A DNA stretch of 64,000 nucleotides from an uncultured Methanosarcinales archaeon. Lineage in GTDB: Archaea; Nanobdellota; Nanobdellia; Woesearchaeales; GW2011-AR9. The notes beneath the pieces were generated by a model. That model was not told the DNA's origin and made no database searches. It was given only the letters and a program-made list of their open reading frames with translations. Shown here piece after piece: positions 37,776-47,862 of the stretch (position 1 is its first letter; every line of letters begins with the position of its first letter). The DNA is taken from positions 472,705 to 536,704 of the forward strand of contig CAYFJV010000001.1 in assembly GCA_964343575.1 (NCBI GenBank), written 5' to 3'. The translations under genes and the position numbers were made by a program.

Positions 37776-39320
37776 TTGGTGAGAGAAGAAAGAAAAGAAT
37801 ACCGTCAGATAAACAAATGGCAAGTGCTTGCTGTGGTTTCTATGCACCTTGTTCTTCTTGCACTCTTTTGGGTGGAAACAAAACCACTTGATTGGGTTGT
37901 GTTTGCTGTTCTTTATTTTCGGGTATTTTTTATCACCGCAGGTTATCATCGCTACTTTGCGCACCGTGCGTTTAAGACCAGCCGCTGGTTCCAATTTATT
38001 CTGGCACTCGGTGCGACATCAAGTGCGCAACGTGGCGTGCTTTGGTGGGCAGGACATCATCGCCACCACCATCGCTTTTCTGATCAAGAAGAAGATGTAC
38101 ACTCGCCAATCAAAGGTTTTATTTGGAGCCATGTTGGTTGGACCACAGATGCTCGTTTTACTGCAACACGTTATGACTACGTTAAAGATTTTATGAAGTT
38201 CCCCGAACTTGTCTGGCTGAATAAACACCCTTATGTTGTTTGGGGAAGTCTTGCTCTTCTTACTTATTTGATTGGGGGTTTGAGCACTTTGCTTGTTGGT
38301 TTTGTCCTATCAACAGTAGTTATTAGCCATGTAACTTTTTGCATTAATTCTCTTGCCCATGTTTTTGGTAAGCGGCGTTATGCTACAAGCGATACCAGTA
38401 AAAACAACTTTCTGCTTGGCCTGTTTGGCTTTGGCGAGGGTTGGCACAATAACCATCACCACTATCAATCTTCTGCACGTAACGGTTTTTTGTGGTGGGA
38501 GGTTGATTTTTCTTATTACATTTTGAGGGTGCTCTCTTGGTTTGGCCTGGTGTGGGATTTGCGTGAGGTTCCACAAAGAGTTCTGGAGAGAAATTTGTTG
38601 GGCGTTGGTGCAGTTGATGAAGGAGAGCTTGTTGCTGCGCAAAAAAGGCAAGAATATTTAGGGAGAAGAAGTCCCTTGTGGAGCATTGGGGCTTATGCTG
38701 CGCACGCACTTGTCTTCTTGGGCAGCATTACTATGCTGGTAGTTAGTGTTGTTTTGGGAGCTTTACACAGTCCTGCCCCGGTGATTGTTGGGGCAAGTTT
38801 GTTTGGCTCTTTTTTGTTATTGTATTTTGCGGTAAAGATTTTGTTGTATTATTTCCCTCTGAAAAATTTGGAAGGGTGGGGAAAGAAGATGAAATTGTTT
38901 TGGAAAGGTCTTGGACACTTTAATGCAGTGAGTCTTTTTCTTTTAGTTGCTGCTGCCTACACACCAATTGTGCTTGCCTTGCCATCACTTGCTTGGGGAT
39001 GGAGCTTGTTTGGCCTGCTTTGGGGACTTGCTGCCTTTGCTTTGTTGTATCGGGTGCTTGCGCGCAGATTTGGAGTTGTGTTTTATGGAATTGCTGGAGT
39101 GCTGCTTTTGACTGCGCTTGTTTTGAGTATGGTTCAAGTTAGAATAGTTTTTAGTAGCTCAGCACTTGCTCTTTTGTTTGTGGGCGTGTTTTGCTTTGCT
39201 TTATATTATTACATTCGTCCTGCGCTTCCAGTTTATAGAGTTCAAGGGCTGGGGCATTTGGTCTTGCTTTTAGGGAGTTTAAGTCACTTTCTCTTTTTGG
39301 CAGGTTACGTGTTGGTGTAG
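37776..39320 (+). CDS. Delta9-type acyl desaturase fused to a degenerate HlyIII/PAQR membrane domain
   Basis: His boxes GYHRYFAH, HHRHHHRFSD, NSLAH and GEGWHNNHH; C-terminal AAAYTP and GHLVLLLGSLSHF. Confidence 0.88.
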   Translation: MVREERKEYRQINKWQVLAVVSMHLVLLALFWVETKPLDWVVFAVLYFRVFFITAGYHRYFAHRAFKTSRWFQFILALGATSSAQRGVLWWAGHHRHHHRFSDQEEDVHSPIKGFIWSHVGWTTDARFTATRYDYVKDFMKFPELVWLNKHPYVVWGSLALLTYLIGGLSTLLVGFVLSTVVISHVTFCINSLAHVFGKRRYATSDTSKNNFLLGLFGFGEGWHNNHHHYQSSARNGFLWWEVDFSYYILRVLSWFGLVWDLREVPQRVLERNLLGVGAVDEGELVAAQKRQEYLGRRSPLWSIGAYAAHALVFLGSITMLVVSVVLGALHSPAPVIVGASLFGSFLLLYFAVKILLYYFPLKNLEGWGKKMKLFWKGLGHFNAVSLFLLVAAAYTPIVLALPSLAWGWSLFGLLWGLAAFALLYRVLARRFGVVFYGIAGVLLLTALVLSMVQVRIVFSSSALALLFVGVFCFALYYYIRPALPVYRVQGLGHLVLLLGSLSHFLFLAGYVLV

Positions 39321-39368
39321 GAAAAATAAGATGAAAAATTAAAAGAAAGAGAAGAGGAAGAAAAAAAA

Positions 39369-40016
39369 TTAGTACACCCTAACTGCTCTTTCTACTTGAG
39401 GTTTTGTCCAACCCTGAGCTAATTTCCCATGCCTTCTGTCTACTTGACGATCATCTCCCAAGGTAATAGAAGATCTCAGAAGTTCATCAAGATCAACCGC
39501 ATCCCGAAGAACTTGTCTTGGATTAATTGGTTGATCTTCTCCTGGCCAACAAGCAACAATAAGATGCGTCTGATAGTTAGGTAAGGGATTTCCTTTGATT
39601 GCACCAGACCATCTTTGGTATCCTCTTGGAACAGGAAGAAACATAGAAGTTTCTTCTTCTCCCCAAGTCCTTGTCACACGCCCATTAGCATCGTTTATAG
39701 AGTATCGTGGAGTGACTATATCTCTAGCAGAATCTCCTGGTTTAACCATCGAAGCAGAAACAACTGGAGAAGCATAAATCTGCTCTCTTCCCCTTACTAT
39801 GTCGCTAGGCTTTTCTCTTTCAACCCACAAAGCAGTTCTAAGACTAACAGAAGGATAGATAAGATCACTTAGAGCCTCTCTCATCACTGCAGCTACGGGA
39901 ACGGCTTCTCGTCCTTTTGGATGTAGTACATAACCACGAACTTCAATGCCCTCTTGCTCCGCTGCTTCATAAACTGCATTCGTCCACTGACTTAATCTTT
40001 CCTGTTTTTTTACCAT
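39369..40016 (-). CDS. hypothetical protein
   Basis: 215-aa ORF with GGAG upstream; no family recognised. Confidence 0.6.
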   Translation of the reverse strand: MVKKQERLSQWTNAVYEAAEQEGIEVRGYVLHPKGREAVPVAAVMREALSDLIYPSVSLRTALWVEREKPSDIVRGREQIYASPVVSASMVKPGDSARDIVTPRYSINDANGRVTRTWGEEETSMFLPVPRGYQRWSGAIKGNPLPNYQTHLIVACWPGEDQPINPRQVLRDAVDLDELLRSSITLGDDRQVDRRHGKLAQGWTKPQVERAVRVY

Positions 40017-40252
40017 CTTGTAGCTCCCAATTTCTTTTTATTTATCTTGTTTTTTTGAAATTTTTACTTAATTTTGAAAAATGAGTCCATTGTTCTCATT
40101 TATTGGTTGTCTAGAAAGAACTTTTCTTTATAAATTTTTCCAAACTTTTGTCACTTTTTAGTGGTGTTTCTTGAAAACTTGACTGAAGGAGAATAAATTG
40201 GTGCTAAGAAAGAAAAATTGGGGGTTTTAAAAGGAAGAGAAACTGACTAAAA

Positions 40253-41383
40253 TTAACCAAACACACGTTTCAAAAAGCTTTTACTTGGTTTTTCTTCCTT
40301 AAGCTTCTCAAGTAATTCTTTTTGCTTCTTTGTGGTTTTCTTTGGTACTTGAATTCTTACTTTTACCATTTGATCTCCTTTACTGCTCGCTCTTAGTTTT
40401 GGAAGACCTTGGCCACGCATTCTAAAAATGGTCTCAGAATCTGTTCCTTTAGGAATCTTTAACTTTGCTTTACCATGAATGGTTGGTACTTCAATGCTAT
40501 CACCAAGCACCGCTTGCGTAAAAGAGATTGGAACGGTGATGTGTAGATCAGCTTCATTTCTTGTGAAATGTTCATGCTCTCTGACATGTACTTCTACAAA
40601 AAGATCACCATATGGTCCACCGTCTGGTCCTGCTGCTCCTTCTCCACTAAGACGCAGGCGCATCCCAGATTCTACTCCCGCAGGAATAGCAACTTCAATT
40701 GTTTTTTTCTTGCGCTCTAAACCTTCCCCATGACAGGTTTTACAAGAAGTGTTGGCAACTTCACCCTTAGCATGACAATAAGGACAAGGTCCTGTTTGCT
40801 GAAAGATTCCAAAAGGAGTGCGCTGTGTTCGTTTCACATAACCGCTTCCTGAACAATGACTGCAAGATTGGAAATCTTTTCCACCTTTTCCTTTACAATC
40901 ACCACAGTGTTCAAGCTTGTTTACTTTAATCTCTTTTTTTACGCCGTTAGCAACTTCTTCTAAAGTAAGATCAACTTCGCTGAGAAGATTTGCTCCTCTG
41001 CGTAGACGAGCTCCTCGTCGTGATCTTCCGCCACCGCCAAAAAGTTGGTCAAAAATATCTTCTCCACCACCACCGAAATTGCCAAAGTTAAACTGCGACA
41101 TAATATCTGAAAAATCAAATCCTTGAAAACCAGCTCCTCCTGCGCCACCACTAAAGGCTGCGCTACCAAATTGATCATATTGGGCACGCTTTTTTTCATC
41201 TCCCAGGACGGATGCTGCTTCGTTGATCTCTTTGAACTTTTCTTCAAAGTCTTTTTTCTTCTCTTCTGGTGCTCGGTCTGGATGATATTTCATCACCAGT
41301 TTCTTGTAAGCTTTTTTGATCTGCTCTTTAGTTGCGCTTTTTTCTACGCCAAGCGTTTTATAGTAATCTTTTGATTTTGCCAT
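40253..41383 (-). CDS. dnaJ: chaperone DnaJ
   Basis: HPD J-domain, G/F-rich region, four CxxCxGxG-type repeats. Confidence 0.97.
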   Translation of the reverse strand: MAKSKDYYKTLGVEKSATKEQIKKAYKKLVMKYHPDRAPEEKKKDFEEKFKEINEAASVLGDEKKRAQYDQFGSAAFSGGAGGAGFQGFDFSDIMSQFNFGNFGGGGEDIFDQLFGGGGRSRRGARLRRGANLLSEVDLTLEEVANGVKKEIKVNKLEHCGDCKGKGGKDFQSCSHCSGSGYVKRTQRTPFGIFQQTGPCPYCHAKGEVANTSCKTCHGEGLERKKKTIEVAIPAGVESGMRLRLSGEGAAGPDGGPYGDLFVEVHVREHEHFTRNEADLHITVPISFTQAVLGDSIEVPTIHGKAKLKIPKGTDSETIFRMRGQGLPKLRASSKGDQMVKVRIQVPKKTTKKQKELLEKLKEEKPSKSFLKRVFG

Positions 41384-41410
41384 TGCTTTGCTGCACCTTT
41401 CTTCTTGTTC

Positions 41411-42043
41411 TTAGGCTTCCTTTTCTGCTTGTTCTACTCTCTCTTTTAATTCTTCTGGAGCAAAGTCCAATCGATCAAAAACTCTTTTTTCATCCTTGGT
41501 GATCACTTCTCTGTAAAGTTCTCCTTTTTCATCATTTTTCCAATACCGTTCTTTAAGGTAAGCTAAACGTTCTTCAAGCAAGTGAACCTCACAACCCGTT
41601 ATTCTCCAATCAGCTAAGTGCACTACGACTTGATTCCAATCTTTTTCTTGTTGTCTTGGGTCACTCAAATGTTTCAATGAGGCTCCAAATTCTGGAAACT
41701 GATCTTTAAACTCTTCATAGAAAATTTCACTTTCCCACTTGTTAGGGTATTTTCCTCTTAGTTTTTTGTGCATGTCAAGTTCTTCTTGAGTGAAAGGTTC
41801 TGGGTGATACTGTTTGCTTGGAATAAGTTCTGGCAAAGTTACTGCCTTGAAAAGATCGTGCACCAATGCTAAAGATTGTACCAGCTCTGGATCGATATCC
41901 ATTCCCTTTTTCTTGAGCTCTTTAGCAAGGAATGTTGCAACTTGCGCTACCTTAACACAGTGTGCTTTAATATTAGAAGGAACTTCATACTCTTCAAACC
42001 AAGCTAAGCACTGTTCTTTATCTGGATAATTCATCGATCCCAT
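41411..42043 (-). CDS. HD-domain protein
   Basis: AHCVKV, ALVHDLFK, VHLAD. Confidence 0.8.
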   Translation of the reverse strand: MGSMNYPDKEQCLAWFEEYEVPSNIKAHCVKVAQVATFLAKELKKKGMDIDPELVQSLALVHDLFKAVTLPELIPSKQYHPEPFTQEELDMHKKLRGKYPNKWESEIFYEEFKDQFPEFGASLKHLSDPRQQEKDWNQVVVHLADWRITGCEVHLLEERLAYLKERYWKNDEKGELYREVITKDEKRVFDRLDFAPEELKERVEQAEKEA

Positions 42044-42078
42044 GGTGAGAAGTAAAAAGAAAAAAGTAAAGGAAGTAT

Positions 42079-43959
42079 TTATTCCTTCTTCTCTTCAAAC
42101 TCTGCGTCTACCACTTTGTCAGCTCCTGAACCAGCTTGACCTGCACTTGCTTGCGCTCCTGCTTGTCCAGGATTAGGATTTGCTCCACCTTGCGCTTGCT
42201 GCGCAGCTGCTGCTTCTTGGTAGATCTTTGCACCAATTGTTTGTACTTCTTTGTTGAGTTCATCAATTGCTTTGTTGATAGTATCAGCTTCGCCAGTTTT
42301 CTTTGCTTCTTCAACAGCAGTGATCTTTTCTTCGATCTTTTTCTTTTCAGCATCGCCAATTTTCTCTTTAAACTCTTCCATTGCTTTACGGCTTTGATAG
42401 ACAACAGAGTCAGCATTGTTCTCAGCTTCAATCTTTGCTTTTTTCTTCTGATCTTCAGCTTCGTGCTTCTTTGCTTCCTCTTTCATCTTCTCAATCTCAG
42501 CGCCATCAAGGTTGCTTGAACCAGTGATTTGGATCTTCTGCTCCTTTTGTGTTCCAAGATCTTTTGCGCTTACGTGTACAATACCGTTGGTGTCAATATC
42601 GAAGGTAACTTCGATCTGTGGGACCCCCCGAGGTGCGGGAGGGATGCCCACCAGATCAAATTGACCAAGCAGTTTGTTATCAGCGAACATGGAACGCTCA
42701 CCTTGACCGACACGAATGGTCACTGCTGGTTGATTGTCAGCTGCGGTACTAAAGACTTGAGACTTTTTGGTAGGGATGGTTGTGTTCCTTTCAATTAGTT
42801 GCGTGAAGACACCACCAAGCGTTTCAATACCAAGTGAAAGAGGAGTTACATCGAGAAGGAGGACATCTTTAATGTCTCCTGCAATTACTCCTGCTTGAAT
42901 TGCTGCTCCAGAACCTACTGCTTCATCTGGGTTGACAGACTTATCTCCATCTTTCCCAGTAATTCTTTTTACCAATTCTTGTACTGCTGGAATTCGGGTA
43001 GATCCACCAACAAAAATTACTTTGTTGAGTTGCGCTGCAGTTAAGTTCGCATCTTTAAGTGCTTCTTTTACTGGAGTTTCTAAGCGCCTTAGGATGTCTG
43101 CAATAAGCTCTTCAAACTTTGCTCTTGTAATTTCCTCTTTAATGTGCTTTGGACCATTTTGGTCTGCAGTGATAAAAGGGATACTTACTTCTGCTTTAGT
43201 TTTTGTAGAAAGCTCGATCTTTGCTTTTTCAGCTGCTTCTTTGAGACGCTGTAGAGCAGTTGGATCGTTTCTTAAATCAATACCAGTAGACTTTTTGAAA
43301 TTATCTGCAAGGCAGTTAATTAAAACATCATCGACATCGTCTCCACCAAGAAGGTTGTCCCCAGAAGTAGATTTTACCTCGAAAAGACCATCACCAAGCT
43401 CAAGAACCGATACATCAAAAGTACCTCCACCAAAGTCGAAGACTAAGATGGTATGGTCCGTATCTTGCTTTTCTAAACCGTAGGCTAAGGAAGCAGCAGT
43501 TGGTTCATTAATAATCCTAAGTACGTTAAGCCCGGCAATTTCTCCTGCAGCTTTAGTTGCTTGCCTTTGTGAGTCATTAAAGTAAGCAGGAACAGTAATT
43601 ACTGCGTTTTTTACTGGCTGACCCAGGTAAGCCTCAGCATCACGCTTGAGTTTTTGTAAAATCATTGCAGAAATTTGCTCTGGACTGTATTGTTTTCCAT
43701 CAACTTCTACCTTTTCGTTGCTACCCATCTTTCTTTTGATGGATCGAATAGTATGGGTTGGATCGACCACAGCTTGGTTTCTTGCAACTTGTCCAACAGT
43801 TACTTCATCTCCTTTAATGTGTACAACGCTTGGAGTGGTTCGTGCTCCTTCTGCGTTAGTAATAATGTTAGCTTTTCCTCCTTCTAGTACAGCTACTGCT
43901 GAGAAGGTTGTTCCTAAATCAATTCCGATTGTTGCTCCTGTAACTTTTGTATCTGACAT
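42079..43959 (-). CDS. dnaK: chaperone DnaK
   Basis: [34 protein letters not shown]. Confidence 0.98.
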   Translation of the reverse strand: MSDTKVTGATIGIDLGTTFSAVAVLEGGKANIITNAEGARTTPSVVHIKGDEVTVGQVARNQAVVDPTHTIRSIKRKMGSNEKVEVDGKQYSPEQISAMILQKLKRDAEAYLGQPVKNAVITVPAYFNDSQRQATKAAGEIAGLNVLRIINEPTAASLAYGLEKQDTDHTILVFDFGGGTFDVSVLELGDGLFEVKSTSGDNLLGGDDVDDVLINCLADNFKKSTGIDLRNDPTALQRLKEAAEKAKIELSTKTKAEVSIPFITADQNGPKHIKEEITRAKFEELIADILRRLETPVKEALKDANLTAAQLNKVIFVGGSTRIPAVQELVKRITGKDGDKSVNPDEAVGSGAAIQAGVIAGDIKDVLLLDVTPLSLGIETLGGVFTQLIERNTTIPTKKSQVFSTAADNQPAVTIRVGQGERSMFADNKLLGQFDLVGIPPAPRGVPQIEVTFDIDTNGIVHVSAKDLGTQKEQKIQITGSSNLDGAEIEKMKEEAKKHEAEDQKKKAKIEAENNADSVVYQSRKAMEEFKEKIGDAEKKKIEEKITAVEEAKKTGEADTINKAIDELNKEVQTIGAKIYQEAAAAQQAQGGANPNPGQAGAQASAGQAGSGADKVVDAEFEEKKE

Positions 43960-44034
43960 TTTATTTTGCCTCCGTTAGATTGTTAGTTTCTTTTTTGTGT
44001 TTTTTCTTAGTTGTTTTTTGTTGCTTTGTTCTCT

Positions 44035-44553
44035 TCACTCTTTTTTTCCTGCACTTAATTTTACTCTTGCATGACGAATGACTTTCCCATGCAAAGTAAA
44101 ACCTTTTTGCAGCACTTCTAAGACAGCATCTTCTGGTTGTTCTGAAGGAATTTTCATAAGCGCCTCATGCATATGTGGATCGAAAGGACTTCCTTTCTCT
44201 ATCTTGATCTCTTCAATTCCCTGACTAGCAAGTGCCGCCATGAATTGATCAGCAATAAGCCTTACACCTTGCACAAACTCCTCATGACTGTTCACATTTT
44301 TGAGTGAAAGTAATAAGTTATCATAGACTGGTAAGAGTTGTATCATTGCTTGTTTGTTCGCAAGTGCTCGGATGTCTTCAATTCTCTTTTCAGTTTGCTT
44401 TCGATAATTTTCAAAATTTGCTTGTGTTCGTTTGAGCATGTCAAGCAGTTCTTCCTTGTTTGGGGCTACTGCTTTGGCAGCTTCTTTTGCTTGCTTTTGC
44501 TCAACTTTTGCCTCTTTTTGGGCATTTTTCTTTTGTTCCTGTTTTTCCACCAT
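44035..44553 (-). CDS. grpE: nucleotide exchange factor GrpE
   Basis: ANFENYRK, FDPHMHEA, QKGFTLHGKVIRHARV. Confidence 0.95.
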   Translation of the reverse strand: MVEKQEQKKNAQKEAKVEQKQAKEAAKAVAPNKEELLDMLKRTQANFENYRKQTEKRIEDIRALANKQAMIQLLPVYDNLLLSLKNVNSHEEFVQGVRLIADQFMAALASQGIEEIKIEKGSPFDPHMHEALMKIPSEQPEDAVLEVLQKGFTLHGKVIRHARVKLSAGKKE

Positions 44554-44696
44554 TTTGCTTGGATTCCTTTGTTTTGTCGATTTTAAGTCAACTTGGTTTG
44601 CCTAAAATGCATTTTGTATTTAAATCTTTCGGGAAAATGTTAAAAATATGGGGCACTTTCATGTTTTCAAAGCGTGAAAAGACAGAGATTTGTGAA

Positions 44697-45092
44697 ATGA
44701 CTCAGAAAATTACTATTATCCGGCATCGAAGGGTTCCTAGCAGTAATGTGAATGCTGAGCTGCAGTTTATTGGCAATTCTTTAGGGCTCTTTAGTTTGCG
44801 TGATAAGAACAGCAGTTGTTTTCGTATCTTTATCGTCTTGCTTCGTCGTTCCAAAAAAAATCAATCGCTTTCTTCAGATGATATTGCTGAACAATTACAA
44901 TTGAGTAGAGGGACTGTTGTGCACCATTTGAACATGCTCATGAACTCAGGGATTGTTTTGCGTGAAGGTGGCGCTTACATTTTACGTGAGCCTAACTTAG
45001 AGAAGCTCATTCGTGAAATTAAGCATGATATTGAAAACACTTTAGGTCAGCTCATGGAAGTTGCTAAAGATGTTGATGAGAAGTTGGGATGA
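44697..45092 (+). CDS. ArsR/TrmB-like winged-helix regulator
   Basis: LSSDDIAEQLQLSRGTVVHHLNML; start moved to MTQKIT. Confidence 0.8.
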   Translation: MTQKITIIRHRRVPSSNVNAELQFIGNSLGLFSLRDKNSSCFRIFIVLLRRSKKNQSLSSDDIAEQLQLSRGTVVHHLNMLMNSGIVLREGGAYILREPNLEKLIREIKHDIENTLGQLMEVAKDVDEKLG

Positions 45093-45093
45093 G

Positions 45094-45876
45094 TTAAGAA
45101 GCCTCTAAAAGATCTCCAGGATTATCTCCTGTTTGGTAAACATTAACCATACAATTCAGTCTTCCAGAAGGTTTGCTAGAAGGAGTAGGCATATCAACTG
45201 GGATTACAGCAAGGTGTCTTTCTCTAAGAAGAGAGATGAGTGAACTAGCAGCTTTATCAACAAACACAAATTCTTCACCTGGTCTTCTTAACACAGGAGC
45301 ATTAAGAGGATACCAAACACCATCTCTTGAGCCATCGTAGCGTATTACTTCGAGACCCTCTTGTTTCCCAATACTATCAACATCATTACCAGTTGCAGCA
45401 TAATGATTAAAGTGAGAGTCAATGAAAAGAAGTCTAGATTGAGGCAACAAGAGAGTAGATAAGTCTAAGTGAACGTGTCCCCTCCCACAGTATTTTCCAG
45501 TTGGGATTACATGAATTCTGGTCCCTGGAAAGAAGGCTTGAGCAGCAGTAATAAGGGCGTGATTAGCTTCCCTTTTTTTCTCTTCGCCAGCAAGACCAGA
45601 GAACTCAAAAGCAGAAAATGTAGTATCAAAAACTCCTGCACAAGAAGCAATGAGATGATAGCCATCTCCCTCTCGAAGGTACCCTCCTTCTCCAAAAGGA
45701 TTGTATCTTTGGTTGGGAACGTTTCTTCTTACATAGACTCCATTATGAAGCACATAATGATCTCTTGGCCATAACTGACGAACTTCAAGAACAGAAAAAC
45801 CAACTCCTCGAATAGCTGCAGCAAGCTGCGAAGTGCCCCCTTGTCCAGAACCAACTATAATGTGGAGGTTATCCAT
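45094..45876 (-). CDS. amidinotransferase/pentein-superfamily protein
   Basis: WPRD, GEGG, HLDL, N(AP) and terminal GRLNC motifs. Confidence 0.7.
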   Translation of the reverse strand: MDNLHIIVGSGQGGTSQLAAAIRGVGFSVLEVRQLWPRDHYVLHNGVYVRRNVPNQRYNPFGEGGYLREGDGYHLIASCAGVFDTTFSAFEFSGLAGEEKKREANHALITAAQAFFPGTRIHVIPTGKYCGRGHVHLDLSTLLLPQSRLLFIDSHFNHYAATGNDVDSIGKQEGLEVIRYDGSRDGVWYPLNAPVLRRPGEEFVFVDKAASSLISLLRERHLAVIPVDMPTPSSKPSGRLNCMVNVYQTGDNPGDLLEAS

Positions 45877-45919
45877 ACTTACTAAAAAGAAGTTTTTTTT
45901 ATAATTACTTACTAAGATT

Positions 45920-46816
45920 TTATCTTTTCTTAGCAAGCCACTCTAAGCCAAAGACAAGCACCGCACCAAGCACTGCAAAAAGAACTGCACTGGTTGCTGT
46001 GATTGATGAAGCAGTTATGTGCTGATAAGGAGTTCGAAGCGCACCAAGCATAACTCCAATGAGTACATACATTGTTCTACTGTGATGTTTCTCAAGAAAG
46101 TAATCAATCACTTTAGCAAAAGCAAAAAGTCCAATGATTGCTCCGAAAGCAAAGGTGATGAGCGCAGGTAGATTGAAGTTGTGCACTGCACTTAGGACGA
46201 ATTCATACTGCCCAAGTAAGAGTAAGAGAAATGATCCGGAGATTCCTGGAAGCAACATTGCAGAGATTGCAATAATTCCTGAAAGAAAAAGAATAGGATA
46301 ACCATGGCTTGTCATAGTGCTTGTGAGCCCAGCGAGTAGATAAGCGAAAGCAAATCCAAGTGCGAGGAGCAAGTAATGTTCAAGCTTATGATGTTTCTTC
46401 ATTCTGTAGAGCACAATTGCTGATGCAATGATTAATCCAAAAAACACCGCAAAAGTTTCTCCTGGAAAATTGTGTAGCAAGGATTCTATGATTCCTGAAA
46501 GAACGAGTAGAGCGATGATTATTCCTGCACCAAGCGGGACAAAGAAATGTAAGTGATTGTTTTGCAACTCTTTGTAAGATTGTTTGAATTTTCCTTTGAG
46601 AAAAGATAAGATAAACAAAAAGTTGAAGGTACTCAGTGCATGAATCAATCGATCATAAATTCCAGTAATAAAGGCAATAGTTCCACCAGAAACTCCTGGG
46701 ACCACATCAGCAGCACCCATAGCAATACCTTTCAAAAATAATGAAAAGTGCTCTTTGATGGTTTTTCTCTCAATGCGTAGATTGGAATGAATAGAGGCGC
46801 TCTTATCTAAAGACAT
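45920..46816 (-). CDS. DUF368-family membrane protein
   Basis: GAADVVPGVSGGTIA, AMLLPGISGS. Confidence 0.92.
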   Translation of the reverse strand: MSLDKSASIHSNLRIERKTIKEHFSLFLKGIAMGAADVVPGVSGGTIAFITGIYDRLIHALSTFNFLFILSFLKGKFKQSYKELQNNHLHFFVPLGAGIIIALLVLSGIIESLLHNFPGETFAVFFGLIIASAIVLYRMKKHHKLEHYLLLALGFAFAYLLAGLTSTMTSHGYPILFLSGIIAISAMLLPGISGSFLLLLLGQYEFVLSAVHNFNLPALITFAFGAIIGLFAFAKVIDYFLEKHHSRTMYVLIGVMLGALRTPYQHITASSITATSAVLFAVLGAVLVFGLEWLAKKR

Positions 46817-46852
46817 AGAAGAAATAAAGAAAAAGACTATTTTTAAGTCTTA

Positions 46853-46966
46853 TCAAACTTTTAGGCGGTTTCCACACTTTTGGCAGTAAGCACCACGCAA
46901 ACCAGTAAACTTGAACACCAGAAATTTAAAGTTGCATGCTTGGCAACTCATTTGTTGACTATGCAC
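46853..46966 (-). CDS. 37-aa zinc-ribbon microprotein
   Basis: Hand-translated MHSQQMSCQACNFKFLVFKFTGLRGAYCQKCGNRLKV; GGTGA before the GTG start. Confidence 0.6.
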   Translation of the reverse strand: MHSQQMSCQACNFKFLVFKFTGLRGAYCQKCGNRLKV

Positions 46967-47137
46967 TTTGTATCACCCTAAAGGGCAGGAGAGAAGCTCT
47001 TCTTTTTAAGCTTTATGTATCACTTTTCACGACGATAAAGCGTTACTCTTCTTGCGTGAAAAAAGGGCTGATGAAGAGAAGATGAAAGCTAGATAAAAAA
47101 TGAAGAAAGAGAGAAGAAAAAAAATGTTTTGGAGATT

Positions 47138-47599
47138 CTAGTTTGAAGCTAGACTCCAAATAGTTTTCATTGATACAATGATTGCCCCAGGCACCACAAA
47201 GACTACGATGTTACTCAAGATGGATCTTAGATAGATACCAACCCCCGGAATCAAACCAAGGTTGACAATCCCTGCAAGCATCAATGCAATGGATGCTACC
47301 AAGAAAGGCACCGTCTCTTTTGCAGTTAAGTTGAAAAGTCCTACAAAGAAACCAATGAGCACCAAAGTTGTCATGAGTACTTCTGTTGCAATTAAATCCC
47401 TAAAAAGTCCCGCAACAATAGCAATGAGCAATCCTGCAAAGAAAGCGTAATGCGCTAACTGATGAATCTCTCTTTTTTGAGCTGAACTAGAAGAGCTTGA
47501 ACTTGAACGAGTTCTTCTTGTTTTTGGAGCAGAACGGCTTGCTTTTGCTGAAGAACGAGTGGATCGTTTGGAACTTGATCTTGTTTTACGTCTTACCAT
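47138..47599 (-). CDS. 4-TM membrane protein with an Arg/Ser-rich N-terminus
   Basis: GAGGTGA upstream; low-complexity N-terminus; hydrophobic C-half. Confidence 0.75.
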   Translation of the reverse strand: MVRRKTRSSSKRSTRSSAKASRSAPKTRRTRSSSSSSSSAQKREIHQLAHYAFFAGLLIAIVAGLFRDLIATEVLMTTLVLIGFFVGLFNLTAKETVPFLVASIALMLAGIVNLGLIPGVGIYLRSILSNIVVFVVPGAIIVSMKTIWSLASN

Positions 47600-47714
47600 T
47601 AACCAATCACCTCTATGAAAAGTATATTGAAATGAAGTTTATGCAGTATATAAATCATTCGGTGATTTGAAGAGGAGAGAAAGAAAGATAATAAGAGAAA
47701 AATAGAGTAAAGGT

Positions 47715-47855
47715 TTAGAGATCAAAGGATTTCTTTTGAGCTTGCTCAACGATTTCATCAAACTCTTTTTGCAAAGCTTTTATTCTTTCTAAACGAGGCT
47801 TAAGCTTTTTTCGAAGTTCCTTATTTCTTATCTTTATCTCTGTGCGCTCGACCAT
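47715..47855 (-). CDS. 46-aa basic helical microprotein
   Basis: Hand-translated MVERTEIKIRNKELRKKLKPRLERIKALQKEFDEIVEQAQKKSFDL; AGGTGA upstream. Confidence 0.55.
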   Translation of the reverse strand: MVERTEIKIRNKELRKKLKPRLERIKALQKEFDEIVEQAQKKSFDL

Positions 47856-47862
47856 AGAAATT

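Noticed and set aside
37680..37994. Apparent long overlap of the kinase ORF with the desaturase
   Set aside because: The extension is antisense read-through; the kinase plausibly starts at 37679
42108..43978. Long antisense and alternate-frame ORFs over dnaK and other core genes
   Set aside because: Shadow ORFs from codon bias, with no recognisable motifs
47024..47062. TTTTCACG/CGTGAAAA inverted repeat
   Set aside because: Single short hairpin downstream of a gene, consistent with an ordinary terminator or chance
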